A stretch of 64,000 bases of DNA from an uncultured delta proteobacterium (GTDB lineage Bacteria; Desulfobacterota; Desulfomonilia; UBA1062). The position numbers were made by a program, and so were the translations under genes. The notes beneath the pieces are model-generated. The model was not told the DNA's origin. It worked only from the letters and a program-made list of their open reading frames with translations, and did no database searches. Shown here one piece after another: positions 42,201-51,811 of this stretch. Position 1 is the stretch's first letter, and the number at the start of each line of letters is the position of its first letter. The stretch is taken from contig CAWCTR010000009.1 in assembly GCA_963798485.1 (NCBI GenBank), positions 32,001 to 96,000 of the forward strand, given 5' to 3'.

Positions 42201-42557
42201 GTGTGTCACGAATGCCGCGAGGCAATGCTGTGTAAGAGATGAGGGAAGGTCCCTCGGCGCCGGTTTACAGGAGCAGGCTTCAAACCGCCTTAAGCTGCGA
42301 TGGTAAAGAGCCATGGTGGTGAGCGTTAGGGGAAATGGCACAAGAATTAAAATGCGTCACGGTGAGTATCGGAGAGACGAGCGAAAGCGAACCAATCGAT
42401 GAGGCATCGAAAGATCATGGATGATGTCAAAACCAGGGTCCCAAACCAACTCTGGGAACAGCTCAGAGGAAACCTGTTTACTGTCTGAGTGGCATCCGGT
42501 GTATAGATGGCGTGAATCCGATACGGGCTTTTACACGGAACGTGAGAACCTGTCGTC
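42201..42557 (+). mobile_element. Group II intron 5' fragment (class D, RmInt1-like), no RT ORF or domains V-VI
   Basis: Starts GTGTG and carries class D domain I motifs (GGTAAAGAGCCATGGTGGTGAGCG, AGACGAGCGAAAGCGAACC, GGCGTGA, GGCTTTTACACGGAAC). EBS1 CAAACCA and EBS2 GATCAT pair with the upstream exon. Confidence 0.88.
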
Positions 42558-42725
42558 TGGAGTCACTATGAAAAGCTATATTCAGAGAGCATAGATGCAT
42601 GGTTAACGTCGCCCGATGATATATTCAATTCATCAAGACCTTGGATAGCCTCAAAACGGCTGAACTCTAACTTAAAAAGTGGTACAAGTATTGGTGGCCG
42701 GTCACATATGATGATGGGATATTAA

Positions 42726-43319
42726 ATGGTACGAATAAGTATCCGGAATCTTTTGATTGTTATAACAGTTGTACTCTGGTTGGATCCGACATCTGCCATA
42801 TCAAGTGAATGGTCTCCTCCCGAGACCACAACCGATTGGATGAAGTTTACGAGTGGCATGGTCAGTTGTATTGCTGCTCATGAATTGTCACATGTTTTGG
42901 TTGCTCTAGAAAGCGGATATACAATCCATCATGATGGTTTATCGATTACCTATTCGCCGGAATTTAGATCTCGTGCCGATCATCTCCGCATCGCTTCAGC
43001 AGGTCTTCAGGGACAGTGGATAGCATCCGAAGCTGCCTTTGCAGCTGGTGGGAAAGAGGGTAATTTTACGTCTGGGATTATAAGTGGGCACCTCGCCATA
43101 ACGCTTGCGTATATCGTTGTGCTCAGGAACCACCCAGAAGGCGATACCGTTGGAATAGCCTCAGCAAGCGGCCTTAACGTCAATCAGGTTGTTTTCCTCG
43201 CTGCCCTACCAGCAGTTCTTGATGCCTGGCGTCTCTTCGGCAATGAAGTTCCGAAGTGGGTGCCTGTCCTTTCCCTCGCCCTCAAGGGCGCGGAGGCTTC
43301 ATGGGTGTGGACGTTCTAA
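42726..43319 (+). CDS. Hypothetical membrane/exported protein with HExxH motif
   Basis: Signal-like N-terminus, AHELSH, ASAG and GD motifs; hydrophobic helices. Confidence 0.7.
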   Translation: MVRISIRNLLIVITVVLWLDPTSAISSEWSPPETTTDWMKFTSGMVSCIAAHELSHVLVALESGYTIHHDGLSITYSPEFRSRADHLRIASAGLQGQWIASEAAFAAGGKEGNFTSGIISGHLAITLAYIVVLRNHPEGDTVGIASASGLNVNQVVFLAALPAVLDAWRLFGNEVPKWVPVLSLALKGAEASWVWTF

Positions 43320-43500
43320 CTCGCATCTCCTATGAGCTATATTCAACCGAACAATCCTGCATCTTGAGATATTTTAGCAATCAGAGAGTCTTGAAATTAG
43401 TTTAGCTCCATAGAAGATATCATTTGCCGATCTCAACGAGTGGGTGACAGTTCCAAACTGAATATATCTATAAGGAATTGAAGCTCCAGCCAGACTGAAT

Positions 43501-43650
43501 ATAACTGCGATAAATCGGTGGTTTCAAACGGACAAGGAAGAGTAGATGTTTTGTTTCGAAATCTTCGGTATGGGCAAAGCGTGACGATTATCACCATTAT
43601 CATTAGTTTCTCAGGACATATGGAACCGATTGATTTTATCGCATAATCTA
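43501..43650 (+). repeat. Dispersed repeat family copy E
   Basis: 43501-43589 is 87/89 identical to 51697-51785. Its tail CATTATCA...GGAACCGATTGATTTTATCGCATAATC aligns with copy J. Confidence 0.9.
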
Positions 43651-43718
43651 CAGTCCAGATGATTAGCTCCTGATACCACTTTGCGATTTAATGATGAATT
43701 CAGAATTACTTATCAGTG

Positions 43719-44804
43719 TTAGGGGTTTCCGACCTTTGAAGCCAAGTCCATGGCCAGTTTTCTGAGTATAGTTGCTTCTTCGAGACCATCGATAAAGCGT
43801 TGAGGGATGCCAGAAAAACCTGTTTGGGCAGCGACAAGGGCTCCGGTGAGGATTGCACGCTCCTGGTTTTGTCCCCCGCCATTGATAGCATGGAGCACTG
43901 CAGATTCGAAATCGTTGTGGAACCGTGCAGCAAGGTAGTAGGCTGCAGGAAGCTGGTGGTAAATAGCGCAGGGCATACCGTAAACGATTGACACCTTCCA
44001 CGCAGGTTCTATACATATACTCGGATCTGCTGCAGCTTCGGCCATATAAGATGGTGTAAGCAGGGCATCCGGCGAGGCAAACCGACCCGCACGGGGAGGG
44101 TCCGGATCACCGGGGAGGGGCGGCTGGAGGTTTTCTCGGGTCACTGCATGAAAAGGCAATTCCCCGCTATGAACCATTTCCATGAGTTTCATTGACAGTT
44201 TCCTGTCGAGCGTATGCCCCTGAACCACTAGACTCAGCACGGCGCAGAATGCAACTGTCAAGGAGATCAAGATATCATCTGACTGCGTAAGGATGGTATT
44301 GCTGGTTACGGCAGATGCGAGCCGGGCAGGTTGAAAAGCATAACGCACAGCAATGGCAAGGCAGCGATCGAGTGCTTCAGTGGTGTCCGCATGGCCTCCG
44401 GTCTGCCCCCAGGGCAGGCCCTGCTGCACACGACGCCTCCATGCCTCCCTGATTGACTGGCTGGTATATTGCCCCGGGCCATTCACCGGTGTCCCGTCAA
44501 GAAGAGGAAAGAGCTCCTCATCCATCCGGCGGCAGAAATCCGCTTCGTCGTAACCACCGCAATCGACAAGGGAGCGGACCATGAGTTTCAGGATGAAACC
44601 TTCCTGGGAAAGTTGACCTGCCTTGAGTCCGTCGTGGTATCGACCGGGTTTGGGATCGGTATAGCCAGTGATCCAGTCACCATAGTCGTGGTGAAGTTCA
44701 GCGAGACTGTAATACCAGTGAGGACCCAACGCCATGGCATCGCCTATAAAGGCCCCCATGATTGCACCGGCAGCACGGTCTTTGATTCTGCTTTGGTCTG
44801 TCAT
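43719..44804 (-). CDS. ADP-ribosylglycohydrolase family protein
   Basis: GAFIGDAMALGPHWYY and F.SAVLHAINGGGQNQERAILTGAL. Confidence 0.85.
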   Translation of the reverse strand: MTDQSRIKDRAAGAIMGAFIGDAMALGPHWYYSLAELHHDYGDWITGYTDPKPGRYHDGLKAGQLSQEGFILKLMVRSLVDCGGYDEADFCRRMDEELFPLLDGTPVNGPGQYTSQSIREAWRRRVQQGLPWGQTGGHADTTEALDRCLAIAVRYAFQPARLASAVTSNTILTQSDDILISLTVAFCAVLSLVVQGHTLDRKLSMKLMEMVHSGELPFHAVTRENLQPPLPGDPDPPRAGRFASPDALLTPSYMAEAAADPSICIEPAWKVSIVYGMPCAIYHQLPAAYYLAARFHNDFESAVLHAINGGGQNQERAILTGALVAAQTGFSGIPQRFIDGLEEATILRKLAMDLASKVGNP

Positions 44805-44947
44805 ATCCACCTCTGGTTTATTTCAATCATGTTTATCAGTCTCATGAACTCAAAAGAATGCATCCGGTCTTGCTATCAATGCTTGTATGCAGGTTTGTCC
44901 GGAGAAATTGAGCGGTATCATGCTTGTATTTGGTGATAAGCTCATGA

Positions 44948-47011
44948 TTATTGTCGCTGCGCCTTGCTTAAACGGCACATGAAGCTTCTGCTGGTGGATG
45001 TCCCAGTAACCCTGCCCCTCCGGTCATCCTCGGTAAGCGTGTTAAGGTTGCATCGCATGTCATGATCGCCCCATCCCCAGGCAAGCTGAATTGTGCCCGG
45101 CCGCACAGTGGTTGAGATTCTCGCTGCCATTTCGATGGCGCCTTTCGGAGATTCAATCCGCACGGAATCGCCCTCTGTCAGGTTGTAACGCTGGGCATCA
45201 TCGGGATGGATATCGATAACACAGCGCGGACCGGCCTGAAGCAGGGAGGGGATGGTGCGAAACTGCGAGTTGGTGAAGCAGATGTCGCGGCTTCCGCTGA
45301 TTCCCAGTACGGGATAGTGTTCGCTCTGATCTGAAAAGCTAATGGGGTCACCGTCCAGGCCTTGTTCGAACGGCACACCCGGTAATCCGGCCTTAGCCAG
45401 GCGCCTTGAGAAGAATTCGACCTTGCCCGATGGAGTCCTGAATGGCTCCTCCAGGTATTTTTCGTAGCGCAAGCTCTCTATCCGCAAGCCATTGCCGTTC
45501 TGCCGCAGTTTTTCCACCGTCACCCCAGCGGGTTCCAGCTGATAATCTATGGCATCCTCTGCACTTTCCCAGGGAAATTCGGCGGCAAAACCGAGCCTAC
45601 GTCCCAACTCAAAGATGATCCGCCAGTTCGGCCACGAATCATCAACCGGTTCGATGACTGCATTTTGCAGGAACATCGGATTGTTGCGGATGGAGGAACG
45701 GTTGAGCTGGGTCGTTTCAAAACAACTGGCGGCCGGGAGAACAATATCGGCCAGTTTTGCCGTCTCGGTCAGAAACATGTCAATCACCACCAGGGTTTCC
45801 AATTTGCCGAAGGCAGCTCGAGTCCGGATGGAATCGGCCATGGTTACGAGGGGATTTCCTGACTGGACCACCACCATCTTCAGCGGATAGGGGTATCCAT
45901 CCAGAATTGCATCGATCAGGCAGCCCTGAACCTGGTTGCCCCAGGTGTCGCTGAAAGTGTTGAACAGGGGATAGTCACGGGTGATGGGAACAGTGCCATC
46001 CGGGAGTCGGTCCTTTAACTGGATGTTTCTCACCGGTATCGGTTGCGGTAGAACATCGCCGCCTGTTTTGTCAAGATTTCCGGTCAAGGCACGTAACATG
46101 GCGATGCTCCTGGTGGTGTCGAAGACCTCGCGGTGCATGTCCAAGCCATTACCATCGATGATTGAGGAGGGTCCGCACGTGGCATACAGACGGGTAGTCT
46201 GCCTGATCTGATCCGCTGTCAGCCAGATTTTTCCGGCAACCTCATCGGTGGGATATCGTGCTGCCACCTCTTTGAGCGCATCAAAACCAATGGTATGGCG
46301 CTCGACAAACTCAGTGTCATACCAGCCTTCCCTGATGATCTCGTTGATCATGGCCATGGCCAGCAGGCCGTCGTGGCCTGGCTTGATCTGTAGCCAGAGG
46401 TCGGCCATGTGGGCAAGGGAGGTCTTCACCGGGTCAATGACTATTAGTGTTGCCCCGTGCTCTTTTGCATAGTGGATAGATTCCGCCGCGCCCAGAGCAG
46501 TGTTCCGATCGTTCTTACCCCAGACAAGGATACACTGGGAGTTCTTCGCCTCCGGAAAGGCCATGGCCCCATAGGTAAAAGAATGGGCAAAATCCCTTGC
46601 CACAAAGCAGACGGAACCATTACCGATCGTATTGGGGGAGCCGAAGAGATTCATTAGACGGTTGGGATAATCCCAGGGTGCGCCCCAGTCGGCGGCCATG
46701 CCCCGCAGCCAGGCCACCGAACGCGACCCGGATTCTTCCCGATGACGGAGAAACCTCTGTGCCACGAGATCAAGGGCTTCATCCCAGCCTGCCTCGCGGA
46801 AGCCCGAACCCTCACCCTTTTTGATCAGTGGAGTTTTCAGGCGCCGGGGTGAATAAACGATATCAGGGGCAGAATCTAGCTTGGGGCACTGGAGCCTTTT
46901 TTCAGGGGGGAGGAAGGATTTCCGCCGGGCCGATATAAGGTGGCCACCAGTCACCTCGGCCTCTATGGGACAGCAGGCGGAACAGAGACGGCAGACTGTA
47001 TCATAGATCAT
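44948..47011 (-). CDS. Molybdopterin (bis-PGD) oxidoreductase catalytic subunit, cytoplasmic
   Basis: CRLCSACC...C Fe-S motif, WDEALD, GSVC, ETAKLADIVLPA, TPSGKVEF, IHPDDA. No Tat signal. RBS AGGAGG. Confidence 0.9.
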   Translation of the reverse strand: MIYDTVCRLCSACCPIEAEVTGGHLISARRKSFLPPEKRLQCPKLDSAPDIVYSPRRLKTPLIKKGEGSGFREAGWDEALDLVAQRFLRHREESGSRSVAWLRGMAADWGAPWDYPNRLMNLFGSPNTIGNGSVCFVARDFAHSFTYGAMAFPEAKNSQCILVWGKNDRNTALGAAESIHYAKEHGATLIVIDPVKTSLAHMADLWLQIKPGHDGLLAMAMINEIIREGWYDTEFVERHTIGFDALKEVAARYPTDEVAGKIWLTADQIRQTTRLYATCGPSSIIDGNGLDMHREVFDTTRSIAMLRALTGNLDKTGGDVLPQPIPVRNIQLKDRLPDGTVPITRDYPLFNTFSDTWGNQVQGCLIDAILDGYPYPLKMVVVQSGNPLVTMADSIRTRAAFGKLETLVVIDMFLTETAKLADIVLPAASCFETTQLNRSSIRNNPMFLQNAVIEPVDDSWPNWRIIFELGRRLGFAAEFPWESAEDAIDYQLEPAGVTVEKLRQNGNGLRIESLRYEKYLEEPFRTPSGKVEFFSRRLAKAGLPGVPFEQGLDGDPISFSDQSEHYPVLGISGSRDICFTNSQFRTIPSLLQAGPRCVIDIHPDDAQRYNLTEGDSVRIESPKGAIEMAARISTTVRPGTIQLAWGWGDHDMRCNLNTLTEDDRRGRVTGTSTSRSFMCRLSKAQRQ

Positions 47012-47021
47012 CTTTTTCCTC

Positions 47022-47960
47022 CTATCGTATAGCGTAGACATAATGACTGCGGATCAGCTCGAAATGGTTGCTGTGTGTCCGAATTTTCCACCAGACGTGA
47101 CCGTGGCGTTCGACCTGCCAAAGGGGGGCAAGGACACTAGTTTTCTCCTCAAGAAGAGCAATGACATTCTCCTTGCCCCGTCCGGAAAAGATTCCGTCAA
47201 GCGTGCCACCCAACCAGCTTTCCGGATCGGCCACCTCGGTCGACCATGAAAAGGGATCGGAAAACAGAAATTGCGCATCTTTTACTCTTGCCACACGATT
47301 GATTTCAGTCAGATGGGTCAAGGGGTTCGGCACCTTGTCGACGATATTGAGGGAGGAAACCGAGGAAAACAATCCAGATCGAAAGGGCATCGCCTGCGCA
47401 TCGCCCACGATAAATTCGGTGTTCTGCGTTTTCCAATCTTCCGGAAAAGTGAGCGTTACCTGCCGTTTCAGTAATCCCTCTTCCGGAAGTGCGAGGCTCG
47501 CTCCTCGGCGGTCCATGAGTTCCCGCGATGCCCGTATGAAGGAGACGGAGTTGTCGATGCCGACGACAAAGTCGCATTTTTGTGCCATTTCGAATGAAAA
47601 CCGTCCCGTTGCCGAGCCGGTATCGAGGCAGGCGCCGGTATGCGGCTTCATCAGGTCCGCCCATGCCCGGTAAGCGTCGGAGGCCTGTTCGTCCTGCAGA
47701 AGATCTCCGTAGTGGCTCCAGAGGTAGGAGGACAGAAGCGGCAGCGTTTCATATCGATTCTTTGCAAGGTCCGCTTCCGAGTGGTTTGGGTCTAAAAAGG
47801 CAATGCCGTCCCGGATCGGATAATCAGTACGGCAATGTTCGCACCGGAGCTTTCCCTCCACGATATTCTCCGGAGAGGCCTCCACGAGGGTTTCCCGCAG
47901 TCGATGTTCCTCTGGAAGGCAAAGGGGACAGATGAGCATGTCGAGCAGCGCCTTTTTCAT
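47022..47960 (-). CDS. SAM-dependent methyltransferase with Trm112-like N-terminal domain
   Basis: LICPLC...LRCEHC..YPIRDGI, LDTGSATGR, GDAQAMPF. Start after AAGGAGG. Confidence 0.85.
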   Translation of the reverse strand: MKKALLDMLICPLCLPEEHRLRETLVEASPENIVEGKLRCEHCRTDYPIRDGIAFLDPNHSEADLAKNRYETLPLLSSYLWSHYGDLLQDEQASDAYRAWADLMKPHTGACLDTGSATGRFSFEMAQKCDFVVGIDNSVSFIRASRELMDRRGASLALPEEGLLKRQVTLTFPEDWKTQNTEFIVGDAQAMPFRSGLFSSVSSLNIVDKVPNPLTHLTEINRVARVKDAQFLFSDPFSWSTEVADPESWLGGTLDGIFSGRGKENVIALLEEKTSVLAPLWQVERHGHVWWKIRTHSNHFELIRSHYVYAIR

Positions 47961-48444
47961 CTCTTCCTCCTTGAATGATATCTGGCCGCGAGACCTGGGG
48001 AAGCTCAGGCGATCCGACTGGTACCGGGGCGATGAATCTCTGCCCGGATCGGACTGATAAAACGATACCGTCGAATGAGATCTTGCCTGCATGGAGAGTA
48101 GGAAATTTATTTTGATAAGAACTTGCTTTCAAGGGAATGGAGTATAGGAAAATTATTCTTGTATGTCAATAAATAGCTGACCATAAAATGTGGGGGTGGG
48201 CGTGGTTGATGGGGTAAGGGATGTGATGTAGCACTCATCATTGATAAGGCAGCCGAGCTGGATCTGATAGAACAGGCATCATGGATTGAGGTTGAGCGTC
48301 TTATGATGGGTATCAAGAGGGGAAAAGGGGTTGCGCACTGGCTAGAGATCTGCTTCTGCTACCCCTTCAAGCTTAGGTATTCCAGAGTATAGATTTTTTG
48401 GTAATCATAGCAAATGGTGGGCATGGAAATTATAGATTATAGCT

Positions 48445-48640
48445 TCCATGCCAGAAGATACGGGTTCTGATTACTAAATGTTTCTAACCATAATCATCGC
48501 TTTGTCCAAAGTGAACATAACTGCGATAAATTGACGCGTTCGAAAGGCCTTAAAACCGATGATCTTGGTTTGAAACCTATGCTGCAAGGCACTTCATATC
48601 ATACCGTTGCCACTGGCACTAACGAAATCTATGCTCTGGA
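48445..48640. repeat. Dispersed repeat family copy F (back-to-back halves)
   Basis: CATAATCATCGCTTTG (leftward arm) plus ATAACTGCGATAAA...AAAACCGATGATCTTGGTTTGAAACCTATG...CTGGCAC (rightward). Confidence 0.85.
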
Positions 48641-48882
48641 ATAACCATTGGCCTTCGGCACCATCGGCAACCCGGGTACGGTATCGGCTATGATCACCTG
48701 CTGGGTGAGCAATGCCTAGTGCGAAACGCACTGCACACGATGGTTTGCCGAGAGAAATAAGAAACCCGGTACAACCCGCTGATACTCATTATTTCAAGAC
48801 ATTAGAAAAGGGCCCTCACATGAGTGCCCTTTTTCTCTTAAAGGTACTTGGAATGAGCTCTTGCATATATTATTATTCTGTT

Positions 48883-49473
48883 ATGAAAAAAATAATGAGA
48901 AGCCTGATTATTTGCATGATCCTGTTCGGCATCATACCCCTTTCTAGCTATGCGGCTGCATCGGAGCAGGATTGCCTTGCTGCCATAACAAAAGTTAAAC
49001 TCAAGCTGCCTGACGATCCTGTCGCCGCTGCTTCACTGGGCATCACGCAGAAGGACGGGCAAATAACGCTTAATGATATCGATGCCGAGGTAATCATCAT
49101 CGAGATCTTCAGCATGTACTGCCCTTTCTGCCAGAGACATGCACCCATGACTAACAAGCTGCAAACAGTAATAGAAACACGCAGCGACACAAGAGGCAAG
49201 GTCAGGCTGTTGGGCATCGGTGTTGGCAATTCACCCTATGAAGTGAAGTTTTTCAAGAAGAAGTACGGCATTCAATTCCCCCTGTTTGATGATGCAAACT
49301 CAGCAGTCCTGAACATTCTTCCCGATATAAGAACGCCATATTATTTCGCCATTAGAAAAACAGGCAGATCCCTGAATGTTTTTTTCACACAACAAGGGGC
49401 CTTTGAAGATCCCGAGAAATTCCTCAATACCGTGCTGAACAAGTCCAAACAATTACCCGGGAGAAACCAATGA
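48883..49473 (+). CDS. TlpA-like thioredoxin-fold protein, exported
   Basis: Signal peptide, FSMYCPFC (CxxC), FPLFDD, TP motif. Confidence 0.85.
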   Translation: MKKIMRSLIICMILFGIIPLSSYAAASEQDCLAAITKVKLKLPDDPVAAASLGITQKDGQITLNDIDAEVIIIEIFSMYCPFCQRHAPMTNKLQTVIETRSDTRGKVRLLGIGVGNSPYEVKFFKKKYGIQFPLFDDANSAVLNILPDIRTPYYFAIRKTGRSLNVFFTQQGAFEDPEKFLNTVLNKSKQLPGRNQ

Positions 49474-50078
49474 AGAACCCACGACATCATTTACTTGTTG
49501 AGATAATATCCATCTTCTGTCTTGTCTTTTTCGGCATGCCTGTCCTGCATGCATCCGATGCATTGAAGGATGAAATTTACCAGGTGGGAACGCTCAAACC
49601 TATCGACAGTACACTGAAGGTGAAAGTCGGTGAGATGGCGCCGGATTTCACCCTTATGTCTCTTTCCGGCAAGGCCGTATCCCTGAAGGATTACCTGGGG
49701 AAGAAGAATGTCATGCTGTCATTCGTGCCGGCAGCCTGGACCCCGGTTTGTTCAGATCAGTGGCCGGGATATAATATCGCAAAGGATGAATTCGACAGTT
49801 ATAATACGGTTCTGCTCGGTATAACAGTGGACAACATACCGACCCTCTATGCGTGGACAAAAGCCATGGGTACCCTGTGGTTTCCGGTGTTATCGGATTT
49901 CTGGCCCCACGGGAAAACGGCCCAGTCCTATGGTGTCCTACGTTCCAGCGGAACAGCGGAAAGGGCGATTTTCATCATCGACAAAAAGGGCCTGGTCCGG
50001 TACATCGATGTCCACGACATCAACAAGAGACCTCCCCTGGAAACCATCATGGCTGAGCTGGAGAAGCTGAATAAGTAA
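49470..50078 (+). CDS. Peroxiredoxin (AhpC/TSA, AhpE-like), exported
   Basis: APDFTL, PAAWTPVC (PxxxTxxC), LSDFWPHG, ERAIFIIDK. Confidence 0.9.
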   Translation: MKNPRHHLLVEIISIFCLVFFGMPVLHASDALKDEIYQVGTLKPIDSTLKVKVGEMAPDFTLMSLSGKAVSLKDYLGKKNVMLSFVPAAWTPVCSDQWPGYNIAKDEFDSYNTVLLGITVDNIPTLYAWTKAMGTLWFPVLSDFWPHGKTAQSYGVLRSSGTAERAIFIIDKKGLVRYIDVHDINKRPPLETIMAELEKLNK

Positions 50079-50331
50079 CGCCTTCTCATCCCAAGAGCAG
50101 CTTTTAAGGCGTTTGAAGAATTATCTCCACGTTTTCCTGAATAACTCGAACTCGACTTCATGCATCCCAGGATGTTTGTTTATGATGTGAGCAATAAAAT
50201 AGTTACAACAGATTATGTAAGGGGTCATTATCTAAAGATTTTTTGACATTGCAATATGATGGGTCTTGTTTTTTGGGGTTACTGCATTAAGATATCATAT
50301 TTGTAGTAAAAAATTAAGAATAGGGGGAAAT

Positions 50332-50904
50332 ATGAAAGGTAAAATATTTTCATCAATCATGGTGTTTTTAATAGCTCTCTTCTTTCAATCTGCTTGCTTA
50401 TCTGCCGATGAATTTGAAGCTGGTCTCTGCCAATGGGTGCCGAGGGATATAATTTCCAAAGTCACGGCTATTAATGTGAAAGCCATGGAAATAACCTTGA
50501 AAACCTCCCGTGGAAAATTGATCACTTTTGCTGTTGATAAAAGTGTGAAGGATCTATCCACCTTCGCTGTAGGTAATAAAGTCAAGGCAAGATATTATAT
50601 GTCTTTAGCAGCAGAAGTCCGCAAGCCCACTCCTGAGGAAAAAAAGACTCCATTTGTAAAACTCGATGAAACCTGTCCATTGCCACCCAGGGCAACTCCA
50701 GGATCAGAGATAAAGATGTTTCGAGAAGTTGTAACTGTAAAAGAGTCTGATCCTGACCTTGGTTTTTTATTAATTAAGAAATCAGATGGTAAGGAAGAAT
50801 GGGTAAACACCAGTGAACAGGCATTCCCGGTATCTGTAGAAATTGGGAATAAAGTCGTGATGAAATATTCACAGCCTTTTATTATTGCCCTTAAAAAACT
50901 TTAA
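50332..50904 (+). CDS. Exported hypothetical protein with duplicated OB-like beta domains
   Basis: Signal peptide and two repeats of V..I/V...(VG/IG)NKV..Y. RBS GGGGG. Confidence 0.7.
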   Translation: MKGKIFSSIMVFLIALFFQSACLSADEFEAGLCQWVPRDIISKVTAINVKAMEITLKTSRGKLITFAVDKSVKDLSTFAVGNKVKARYYMSLAAEVRKPTPEEKKTPFVKLDETCPLPPRATPGSEIKMFREVVTVKESDPDLGFLLIKKSDGKEEWVNTSEQAFPVSVEIGNKVVMKYSQPFIIALKKL

Positions 50905-50926
50905 ACACCATACAGATACCGAGATT

Positions 50927-50960
50927 ACCTGGCTCTTGCCTTATTACGCAGGAGCCAGGT
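50927..50960. terminator. Hairpin terminator
   Basis: ACCTGGCTC...GAGCCAGGT stem after the stop codon. Confidence 0.6.
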
Positions 50961-51167
50961 TCATAGAATTCTTCGTAAGACCACTCCCGGATAATATACA
51001 CTTTCAGAAAGTCAAGTAGAGATGGTGAAAGTGTCAAAGGTCTTCAGAAATTTCCCCTAGTTTTAAATGTCCCACCTCTACTTGACTCATCATATTTCAT
51101 TGCTATTATAGAAGTATCTTCTCTGAATTATTCCCCAGAAGAATACTTTGAATAGAGATTTATATTT

Positions 51168-51618
51168 ATGTTTGAACCCAAGAAGATTCTCGTTCCGACA
51201 GATTTTTCAGGATATTCAGATAATGCACTCAAACAAGCTGTGGACATTGCAGAAAAATTTAATGCAAAGATTGTTCTCTTGCATGTCATAGATGAGAACT
51301 TTCTACAGTGTGCAGCAGATTATTGTATCAGCAATGATGCTGTTGAACAGTTAAAAAAAGAAAGTATGAAGACATCAGAAGATAAGATTAATAAGACAAT
51401 TAATACTATTGAAGGGATCAACAAAGGTTGACGTCTCCTCTGTAGTTAAGAAGGGGGTTCCTGCTGAGGTTATATTGGATGAGCAGATGAAAAATGGGAT
51501 CGGTTTGATAGTTATTGCATCTCATGGAAAGACTGGCATCTTGAAGCACCTCATTGGTAGCGTTACCGACAAGGTTGTCAGGGCTGCTAAATGCCCAGTT
51601 ATGGTGATTCGGGCATAG
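51168..51618 (+). pseudogene. Universal stress protein (UspA family), frameshifted
   Basis: ILVPTDFS...LLHV in one frame and G.PAEVI...LIVIASHGKTG...IGSVTDKVVRAAKCPV in another; shift near 51425. Confidence 0.85.
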
Positions 51619-51696
51619 CATCGAATTTTTCTTAGTTCCTTCTGGTGTAGATATATTTATCTATGCAGAAGGAAACTATCCTTCAAAAAAGTGTCG

Positions 51697-51790
51697 ATAA
51701 CTGCGATAAATCGGTGGTTCCAAACGGACAAGGAAGAGTAGATGTTTTGTTTCGAAATCTTCGGTATGGGCAAACCGTGACGATTGGCAC
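51697..51790 (+). repeat. Dispersed repeat family copy G (left flank of IS110 insertion)
   Basis: 87/89 identical to copy E; ends TGGCAC at the IS junction. Confidence 0.9.
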
Positions 51791-51811
51791 CCATTAAAAG
51801 GCCCCTGTCAA

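Noticed and set aside
48650-48755. Possible c-di-GMP-I riboswitch on the minus strand (GGCAAACC...GGGTTGCCGA) or group II intron domain V on the plus strand
   Set aside because: The central GAAA/GACGCAAAGC core of the riboswitch and the AGC-triad D5 stem are not present. Left unassigned.
51409-51431. Selenocysteine read-through or programmed frameshift in usp
   Set aside because: The continuation is in a different frame, no Cys-equivalent position or SECIS is present, and there is no slippery heptamer with a stimulator. Treated as a pseudogene or sequencing error.
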